Source: Myxococcota bacterium (GTDB lineage Bacteria; Myxococcota_A; UBA9160; UBA6930). Taken from it: a stretch of DNA of 64,000 nt. Made by a program: the position numbers and the translations under genes. Shown here piece by piece: positions 1 through 7,400 of this stretch. The notes below the pieces were generated by a model. The model was not told the origin of the DNA and ran no database searches. It worked only from the letters and a program-made list of their open reading frames with translations. The stretch covers positions 416,001 through 480,000 of the forward strand of contig OZ245015.1 in NCBI GenBank assembly GCA_965223705.1. The letters run 5' to 3'. Positions within the stretch are counted from its first letter, which is position 1, and every line of letters starts with the position of its first letter.

Positions 1-194
1 CCGACGAGCGCCACCACTACAACGTCGACTGGTTCGGCAACACGTGTGCTCCGAGTTGTGCTTCGGTCGTCTCCCAGCATTGGGAAAAGTGGGGCCCCGA
101 CGACGATATCGCGATGGTCGGCGTCGGCGGAGGCCTCACCTGGGCCGGCTATATGCTGCGTTTCACCGAGTCACCGACAGGAACCTCGGCGTGA
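1..194 (+). CDS. fabH: 3-oxoacyl-ACP synthase III (FabH/KAS III family), 3' fragment truncated by the window edge
   Basis: Manual translation from base 3: ...HYNVDWFGNTCAPS...MVGVGGGLTWAGYMLRF...*. GNT and GxGLTW are KAS III C-terminal motifs; TGA at 192-194 overlaps the fabG GTG. Confidence 0.8.
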   Translation, partial: DERHHYNVDWFGNTCAPSCASVVSQHWEKWGPDDDIAMVGVGGGLTWAGYMLRFTESPTGTSA

Positions 195-919
195 GTGATG
201 CGCGGGTCGCACTGGTAACGGGCGGCGGTACGGGGATCGGCGCGGCGTGTTGTCGAGCCTTGGCCGAAGAAGGCTTCCGCGTCGCCGTCCACTACCGAAG
301 CAGCCAGGCCGGTGCGGACGAGCTCGTCTCGAAGCTCCCGAACGCGTTCTCGATCCAAGCCGATCTGTGCGATCCCGATTCGATCGACGCGATGGTGAAA
401 GCGCTCAAGAACGACGCCGGACGCGTAGACGTGTTGGTCAACAACGCGGGCGACAACCGGAACGGTCCGATGCCGTCGATGAAGATCGAAGACTACGACG
501 CGGTGGCCGCGGTAGCGCGGGGTACGTGGTACCTCACGAAGACGGTGTTGCGCCGCTTCATGCTCCGCCAGGAGAGTTCGCGAATCATCAACATCACGAG
601 TGTCGTAGGCCATACGGGGAACCGAGGTCAGGCGCCGTACACCATGGCGAAAGCCGGGCTCGACGCGATGACCAAGTCGCTGGCCAAGGAGCTCGCCGGC
701 CGGCCGATCCTCGTGAACTCCGTCGCGCCGGGTTTTATCGAAACCGACATGACGGCCGAACTCCCGCCCGAAATCCGCGACGGCATCCTCGAGCAGGTGC
801 CGATCGGTCGAATGGGGACCGCGGAAGAAGTCGCCGACGTTGTCGCATGGCTCGCGACCCGCGCGCACTACGTCAATGGCACCGTGATCCACGTGAACGG
901 CGGGATGTACGGTGGCTAG
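191..919 (+). CDS. fabG: 3-oxoacyl-ACP reductase (SDR)
   Basis: TGGGTGIG Rossmann motif, VNNAG, YxxxK (YTMAK), NSVAPGFIETDMT, VNGG C-terminus; GTG start overlapping upstream stop. Confidence 0.9.
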   Translation: MSDARVALVTGGGTGIGAACCRALAEEGFRVAVHYRSSQAGADELVSKLPNAFSIQADLCDPDSIDAMVKALKNDAGRVDVLVNNAGDNRNGPMPSMKIEDYDAVAAVARGTWYLTKTVLRRFMLRQESSRIINITSVVGHTGNRGQAPYTMAKAGLDAMTKSLAKELAGRPILVNSVAPGFIETDMTAELPPEIRDGILEQVPIGRMGTAEEVADVVAWLATRAHYVNGTVIHVNGGMYGG

Positions 920-1370
920 CGTGTTGTCCAAGAAGGAAGTCCTCGATCGGATCCCGCAGCGCGAACCGTTCCGCTTCGTCGATGAGATTCTCGAGCTGAG
1001 CGATGAACGGGTGGTTTCGACGTACCGCTTTCGCGAGGACGCGGATTTTTATCGCGGTCATTTTCCGGGGAATCCCGTGACGCCGGGCGTCCTGTTGGTG
1101 GAATCCATGGCGCAGGCGGCGGTCATACCCTTGGCGATTCGCGCCTGGAGCGGGGAGCTCGACGAAGCCGATCTAGCCGGCATGACCACGTTGTTCACCG
1201 ATGCCGACGTCGAATTCAGCGGCGTCGTGCGTCCGGGAGAAACGATCCGGATCACCGGGGAGCGTTTGTTCTATCGCCGGCGAAAACTCCGCGCCGCCTG
1301 CGAGATCCGTCTCGAAGACGGCAGCGTGGTGTGCTCCGGCAAGCTCTCGGGCATGGGAGTTTCGTTGTGA
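912..1370 (+). CDS. fabZ: 3-hydroxyacyl-ACP dehydratase (FabZ/FabA family)
   Basis: IPQREPFRFVD and GHFPGNPVTPGVLLVESMAQ motifs. Confidence 0.88.
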   Translation: MASVLSKKEVLDRIPQREPFRFVDEILELSDERVVSTYRFREDADFYRGHFPGNPVTPGVLLVESMAQAAVIPLAIRAWSGELDEADLAGMTTLFTDADVEFSGVVRPGETIRITGERLFYRRRKLRAACEIRLEDGSVVCSGKLSGMGVSL

Positions 1371-2647
1371 GCCGAAGAGTGGTGGTCACGGGGCTCGGAG
1401 TTGTCGCTCCGAACGGCACGAATCTCGGCGAGTTTGAGGCGGCGCTTCGCAAGGGCGAGTCCGGAATCCGTCACAACGACGATATGGAAGAGCACAAGTT
1501 CGCCTGCCAAGTCGCCGGCGTGCCGAGCGGCGTCGAGGAGCTCTGCGCCGACGCGTTCTCGGAAGACCTGCTGCTCGCGATGAACCAGGCGCAGCGCTTC
1601 GCCGCCCTCGCCGGTGTCGAGTGCTGGCAGACGGCGGGCTTCGCGGTGCCAGACGAAGTGGACGACGACGCGGTCGATTGGGACACGGGTGCGGTGTTCG
1701 GGACGGGCATCGGCGGCATGGAGACCATCGCCGAACGCGTCGCTCCGTTGGTGAACGACAAGAAAATCCGGCGGTTGGGGAGCACCGCGGTCGAACAAGT
1801 CATGGCCAGCGGAGTTTCCGCCCGGCTCTCGGGGATCCTGGCGCTCGGAAACCAAGTGACGACGAATTCGAGCGCATGCAGCACCGGCACAGAGGCCATC
1901 ATCGAGGGGCTGTACCGGATTCGCAGCGGGCGTTCGGAGCGAATGTTGTGCGGCGGAGCCGAGGCGGGTACCCGCTACATCTGGGCGGGCTTCGACGCGA
2001 TGCGCGTCTTGGCTCGAAACTGGAACGATCGCCCGGAGGAAGCCTCTCGCCCGATGTCGGCGAGTGCCGGCGGCTTCGTGCCCGGCGCCGGCGCCGGCGC
2101 GGTCCTCCTCGAGAACCTCGACGCCGCGCGGGCTCGGGGTGCAAGGATCTACGCCGAGGTGCTCGGCGGTGCGATCAATTGCGGTGGACACCGCTCCGGC
2201 GGCAGCATGACGGCTCCGAATCCGATCGGCGTTGTCCGCTGCATCCGGTCGGCGCTCGACGACGCGTCGGTGTTGCCCGACGCGATCGACTTAATCAGCG
2301 GACATCTCACGGCGACGAGCGCGGATCCGCGGGAGATCGCCGCCTGGACGGAAGCCCTCGGGCGCTCTCCGGACGATTTCCCGACGCTCTTGTCGACGAA
2401 GTCGCTGATCGGGCACACCCTGGGCGCAGCCGGCGCGATCGAGTCGATCGCCGGCATCTTGATGCTTCACCGAGACTTTGTGCATCCCTCGATCAACTGC
2501 GAGGATATCCACCCGGAGATCGCGCCGTACGAGGCGAGCATCCCCCGCGAGATGCGGGAAGGGGTCGGCCACGACGTCATGGTGAAATCGAGTTTCGGTT
2601 TTGGTGACGTCAACGCGTGTGTGCTGTTCCGCAGGTGGAACGACTGA
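1367..2647 (+). CDS. fabF: beta-ketoacyl-ACP synthase (FabF/FabB family)
   Basis: RRVVVTGLG start, SSACSTG catalytic Cys, GHLTAT and KSLIGHTLGAAG His motifs, SFGFG. Confidence 0.9.
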   Translation: MSRRVVVTGLGVVAPNGTNLGEFEAALRKGESGIRHNDDMEEHKFACQVAGVPSGVEELCADAFSEDLLLAMNQAQRFAALAGVECWQTAGFAVPDEVDDDAVDWDTGAVFGTGIGGMETIAERVAPLVNDKKIRRLGSTAVEQVMASGVSARLSGILALGNQVTTNSSACSTGTEAIIEGLYRIRSGRSERMLCGGAEAGTRYIWAGFDAMRVLARNWNDRPEEASRPMSASAGGFVPGAGAGAVLLENLDAARARGARIYAEVLGGAINCGGHRSGGSMTAPNPIGVVRCIRSALDDASVLPDAIDLISGHLTATSADPREIAAWTEALGRSPDDFPTLLSTKSLIGHTLGAAGAIESIAGILMLHRDFVHPSINCEDIHPEIAPYEASIPREMREGVGHDVMVKSSFGFGDVNACVLFRRWND

Positions 2648-2747
2648 CCGTGTGTGCTGTTCCGCAGGTGGAACGACTGACCGTGTGTGCTGTTCCGCAG
2701 GTGGAACGACTGACCGTGTGTGCTGTTCCGCAGGTGGAACGACTGAC
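2616..2747. repeat. Perfect tandem repeat, 4 x 33 bp (CGTGTGTGCTGTTCCGCAGGTGGAACGACTGAC); first copy is the fabF 3' end including its stop codon
   Basis: Copies at 2616-2648, 2649-2681, 2682-2714, 2715-2747; no spacers; internal GTTCC-N6-GGAAC inverted repeat. Confidence 0.97.
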
Positions 2748-2773
2748 TAAATACTAGAGAACTGGAGGACGCG

Positions 2774-3022
2774 ATGTCGGAAGCTCAAATCTTTGAACAG
2801 GTCGTGAAGATTCTTACACCATACGTGAAGGATCAAGACGCCTTGGCCAACGTCAAGAACGAGACGAACATTCTCGAAGACCTGAAAGTCAACTCGGCGC
2901 GTCTGGTCGACGTGGTGCTCGCCTTTGAAGATGAGTTCGACATCGAAATCGCCGATGAGGATGTCGACTCGGTCAACACGGTGGGCGACTGCGTTTCGCT
3001 GATCTCGCGAACAAAGGGTTAG
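2774..3022 (+). CDS. acyl carrier protein
   Basis: 82 aa, acidic, DLKVNSARLVDVVLAFEDEFDIEI; GGAGG Shine-Dalgarno upstream. Confidence 0.92.
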   Translation: MSEAQIFEQVVKILTPYVKDQDALANVKNETNILEDLKVNSARLVDVVLAFEDEFDIEIADEDVDSVNTVGDCVSLISRTKG

Positions 3023-3030
3023 GCCGGACC

Positions 3031-3786
3031 TTGGAATCCCCGGGCCTGCCGCCGCCCGAGCGCTACCGCCTGAAGCTCCAGTGGTGGGTCTCGCGTCTGT
3101 CGAGCCCGCTGTGGATCCCGTTGTGCGTGGTCGGCTTGCGCTGGATTTTCGGGTGGCGCATCGAAGGCGCTTCTGAAACCAGGCGCGAGTACCGGCGCCT
3201 GCGGCGCGAGAGCGATGCACCAATCCTCGTGTGTGCGAATCATCTCACAAAGATCGATTCGGCCCTGATCGGGTGGGCTCTCGGCGGGGCGTTCTTCTAT
3301 TTGCGCGACTTCGGAGCGCTTCCGTGGAACTTGCCCGCGAGAGAGCACTTCGCGTTTTCCTGGTGGGCGCGCGTCGCGGTCTACTTGCTCAAGTGCATTC
3401 CGATCCAGCGGGGCGGAAGCCGCGAAGACATCGCCCGCGTTCTCACGAAGTTGTCGTGGTTGCTCGGTCGCCGCGAAGTGGGCCTCGTTTTTCCCGAGGG
3501 TGGTCGCAGTCGCACGGGCCGAGTCGATGTCGAGACAGCGGCGTACGGTGTGGGTCGCATCGTCCGCGGGCTGCCGGGTTGTCGTGTCGTCTGCGTCTAT
3601 CTTCGGGGCAACCACCAAGAGAGTTGGTCGGATCTCCCGCGCCGCGGCGATACGTTCTATGCGGCCGTCCAAAGTTTTGAACCGAAATCCGATCGCAACG
3701 GGCTGCGTGCGTCCGTCGATGTTGCAAACCAGATCATGCGGAAGCTCTCTGAGATGGAACGGTCCTATTTCGATGGTCGCGTCTGA
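3031..3786 (+). CDS. PlsC-family (lysophospholipid) acyltransferase
   Basis: NHLTKID (HxxxxD) and FPEGGRS motifs. Confidence 0.85.
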   Translation: MESPGLPPPERYRLKLQWWVSRLSSPLWIPLCVVGLRWIFGWRIEGASETRREYRRLRRESDAPILVCANHLTKIDSALIGWALGGAFFYLRDFGALPWNLPAREHFAFSWWARVAVYLLKCIPIQRGGSREDIARVLTKLSWLLGRREVGLVFPEGGRSRTGRVDVETAAYGVGRIVRGLPGCRVVCVYLRGNHQESWSDLPRRGDTFYAAVQSFEPKSDRNGLRASVDVANQIMRKLSEMERSYFDGRV

Positions 3787-4402
3787 GACTTCGCCGTTAC
3801 TCGGCAACGATGTCGTCGACTTGCGCGATCCGGAGACGCCGGCGGCGAACCTGCATCCGCGCTTCGACGATCGTGTCTTTGCGGCGCGCGAGAGAGCGCG
3901 TTGGTCGAACGCCGGGGCTTCCGCTCACGTGCTGCGCTGGACCCACTGGGCGCTGAAAGAGGCGGCCTACAAAGCCGTTCGTCGTCGCGACCCGCACGCG
4001 GTGTTCTCGCCTTCGCGCATCGAGGTCGTGGATTTGGATCTCCCCCAGGGTTTTGCGACGGTCGAGGGCTTTGGCCGCACGTTCGTCGGGCGACTCCAAC
4101 GCGACGGCGAAACGGTGCACGCCATCGTCACGTCGGGGCTGCCTCCGGAATCGGTTGTCGCCGAGGTCCGGCGCAAGTCCGCGACGCCACGCGACGTGAG
4201 CGCTTCGGTCCGCGAGTTCGCACGAAGCGCGCTCGCGAGACGAATCGACTGCGCGGGCGCCCGCCTCGCGGTTTCCCGGGGCGGCAAGATTCCGCTTCTG
4301 CTACGCGATGGGAGGCCGTTGCCGCGGCTGCTCTCGCTTTCTCACCACGGGCGCGCCGAGGCGTTCGCATGCTCGCGCGATCTCGCCGAGGTGGCGGCGT
4401 GA
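3773..4402 (+). CDS. 4'-phosphopantetheinyl transferase
   Basis: GNDVVD, WALKEAAYKA and SLSHHG motifs; located in an ACP operon. Confidence 0.85.
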   Translation: MVASETSPLLGNDVVDLRDPETPAANLHPRFDDRVFAARERARWSNAGASAHVLRWTHWALKEAAYKAVRRRDPHAVFSPSRIEVVDLDLPQGFATVEGFGRTFVGRLQRDGETVHAIVTSGLPPESVVAEVRRKSATPRDVSASVREFARSALARRIDCAGARLAVSRGGKIPLLLRDGRPLPRLLSLSHHGRAEAFACSRDLAEVAA

Positions 4403-7400
4403 CACAACCGATAAAGCGAGATATCAAGCTACTCGGCATCGTCAACCGCGGCGAGGCGGCGATGCGCTGTATCCGCAGCGCAAAGGCGCTGCGCGCCCGG
4501 GAAGGCAGTGATCTCCAAACCCTGGCGCTGTTTACTCAAGCCGATCGCGAAGCGCCGTTTGTGCGCTATGCCGATCGCGCCCTTCGGTTGGCCGAGCCGC
4601 GCGGTGCGGTCGCCGCCTATCTCGACCACGACGCCCTGGTGCGCGTGTTGTCCGAAGCTTCCGTCGACGCCGTGTGGCCCGGCTGGGGCTTCTCCGCGGA
4701 GCACCCGGAGTTCGTCGACAAACTCGCCGCCGCGGGAATCCGCTTCCTCGGGCCTTCCGCCGAGGCCATGCGCCGGCTCGGAGACAAGATCGCGTCGAAA
4801 GAGCTCGCAGAGTCCGTCGACGTTCCCGTCACCGCATGGAGCGGCGGCGCGCTCGCGGACTACGAGGCCGGCCGCGTAGCGGCCGAGCGCGTCGGTTATC
4901 CGCTTGTCGTCAAGGCCTCCGCGGGTGGGGGCGGTCGAGGCATCCGCTTCGTCAACGCGCCGGAAGACCTCGAGGAAGCGATGCGCTCAGCCGGCAGCGA
5001 AGCGGTGACGGCGTTCGGAGACGGTCGTCTGTTCCTCGAGAGCGCCGTTCGCACCGGCCGTCATATCGAGGTGCAGATCCTGGCCGATCAACACGGCCAC
5101 GTCTTTGCGTTGGGAAGTCGCGATTGCTCGGTGCAGCGGCGTTTTCAGAAGGTGCTCGAGGAAGCGCCGCCTCCTGGGTTAGCGCCCGAGGTGCAGAAGG
5201 GGCTTCTCGAAGCGGCGGTCCGGATCGCGTCGAGCGTCGGGTATTCCGGAGCGGGCACGGTCGAGTTTTTGGTCGACGGCGATCGCTACTACTTCCTCGA
5301 GATGAATCCTCGACTCCAAGTCGAGCACGGCATCACCGAAGAGATCACCGGGCTCGATCTCGTCGAGTTGCAGATCCGCGTCGCTCGAGGTGAAGACCTC
5401 GGTGACTTGTCGTTCCGACAGCAAGGGCACGCGATCGAGGCCCGGGTTTGCGCTGAAGATCCCGATGCGGGCTTCATTCCTTCGCCGGGGCGGATCGCTC
5501 GGTTCGATCCGGTCCTCGGCCCCAAGGTCCGAATCGATACGGGGGTGGCTCCTGGGACCGACGTTCCAGACGCGTTCGATTCGCTCATCGCGAAGGTCAT
5601 CACAAAAGGCGACGATCGTCACGAGTCGACCTCCCGACTGCGCGCTGCGCTCGCGGATTTCGATCTCGTGATCGAAGGCGGTGCGACAAACAAGGGCTAC
5701 CTCCTCGAGGTGCTAGAAGATCCGGAATACCAGGCGGGCGGCGTCGACGTCGGTTGGCTCGATCGCTTCGGCGAGGCGAAGCGGCCGACCCGAGAACACG
5801 CGGCCCCGGCCCTCGTCGCCGCGTCGATTCTGACGTACCAGTACGGTCGAAACCTCGCGCGCTTGAACTTCTTCGCCGACGCGAGCAATCCGAGCCCCGA
5901 TCGCGTGCCGGCGTCCGTGGGCCAGGAAGTCGATCTCTCTTACGCCGGCGAGCAGTACCCGCTCGAGGTGTACGCCCTGGGCGGTTGGCGCTATCGCGTT
6001 TATTCCGAGGGTTCGTTCATCACCGCGACCCTTCGCGAAGAGGGGCCCCACCGCGCGCGGCTCGAAATCGGCGACACGGTGCTTCCGATCCTGTACGACA
6101 CCACCGAAGCCGGGCTGCGGATCGAAGTCGCAGGGCTCGCCCATCAGTTCGGCTGGCAGACCGTCGGTCAAGTGCGCGCCGCGACGCCGGCCATGGTGAT
6201 CGGCGTACACGTTTCCGTCGGCGACCGCGTCGATTCCGGACAGCCGCTCGGCATTCTCGAGGCGATGAAGATGGAGATCGGGTTCGATGCGCCCGTCGCC
6301 GGCGTCGTCACTGACGTGGGCGTGCGCGCGGGTCAGCAGGTCAAGGCGGGCGAAGTGCTGCTCGTGATCGATCCCGTCGACGACGCGGGCGAATCCGTTG
6401 CGACGACCCGCATCTCGCTTCCGGAAGTCGCCGATCCTTTGGCGCTCTTGTTCGGGGGAGAGAAAGAGCTCGGGTCTCCCGATCTCGCGCGCGCAGCGTC
6501 GAGCGAAGGCGCCGAACGCCACGCCGCACTCGCTTCGGTACGTGAAGAACTGAGTCGCGTGATCCTCGGTTACGACATCAACCCGACGCGGGCGGTCCGT
6601 CTGATCGAATTCCTCGAAGCGCCCGTCGACGAATCGCTGCCCGCTGTGTTCCTGAAGGAACTCGCGGAGATCGCGGACATGCTGGCGGTGGCTGCCGACA
6701 TCGAGCAGCTCTTCGTGCGTTCGCCGCGGGCTTCGGTGTCCGGAGAGCTCGGCCCGTCGAATTCCGCGCGTTTCCGTATGTTCGTCCGCCGGCTCCGCGC
6801 CGGCGGTTCGGGTATCGCCCCGGAATTCCTCGAGCTCGTTTCGAAAGCGCTTGCTCACTACGGGATCGAGGCTCTCGAGCACAGCGACGCGTTGGAGCGA
6901 GCCGTATTGCGGCTCATTGCTTCGCAAGCGCCGAATCCAAAGCGCCAGGAAATCGTTTCGGCCCTCATTCGCCAAGCGGTGGCGCTCACGCGCGCGGGCG
7001 TGCCGCTGGTCGACAACTGGCCGCTGGCCGACGCGCTGTCGAGGCTTTCCGATATGCGCGGCCTCGTGTCCGACGCTGTGGCCGACGCGGCGATCGATGC
7101 GCGCTACGAAATTTTTGAACGACCCGGGATCGATGCGCGCCTGGCGGAAACGGGCCGGGAGCTCGACGCCTGGCTCGCCGCGGCTGAAACCGAAGCCACC
7201 GAGCCGCCCCAAGGCGTGTTGCGAGATCTCGCGGACGCGCCGCGTCTCGTGTTCGATCGGATCGGCGGAGCCGTCGCCGACCCGGATCCGCGGCGTCGCG
7301 GGCTCGCCCTCGAGGCGCACTTGCGAAGGTTCTACACCCCGGTCGGTTTTGCTTCACGCGTCGCGACCGTGCACGGCGGTGTCTCCATTCTGCGCGCCGA

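Noticed and set aside
2616..2747. CRISPR array (33-bp repeats with an internal palindrome)
   Set aside because: Units are directly adjacent with no spacers, the first copy is fabF coding sequence, and no cas genes are present
3901..4398. N-terminal extensions given by the ORF track (2030-aa carboxylase, 676-aa CofH, 567-aa Smr, 463-aa phosphatase)
   Set aside because: They overlap neighbouring real genes and are Arg-rich and low-information; downstream starts fit the domain boundaries better
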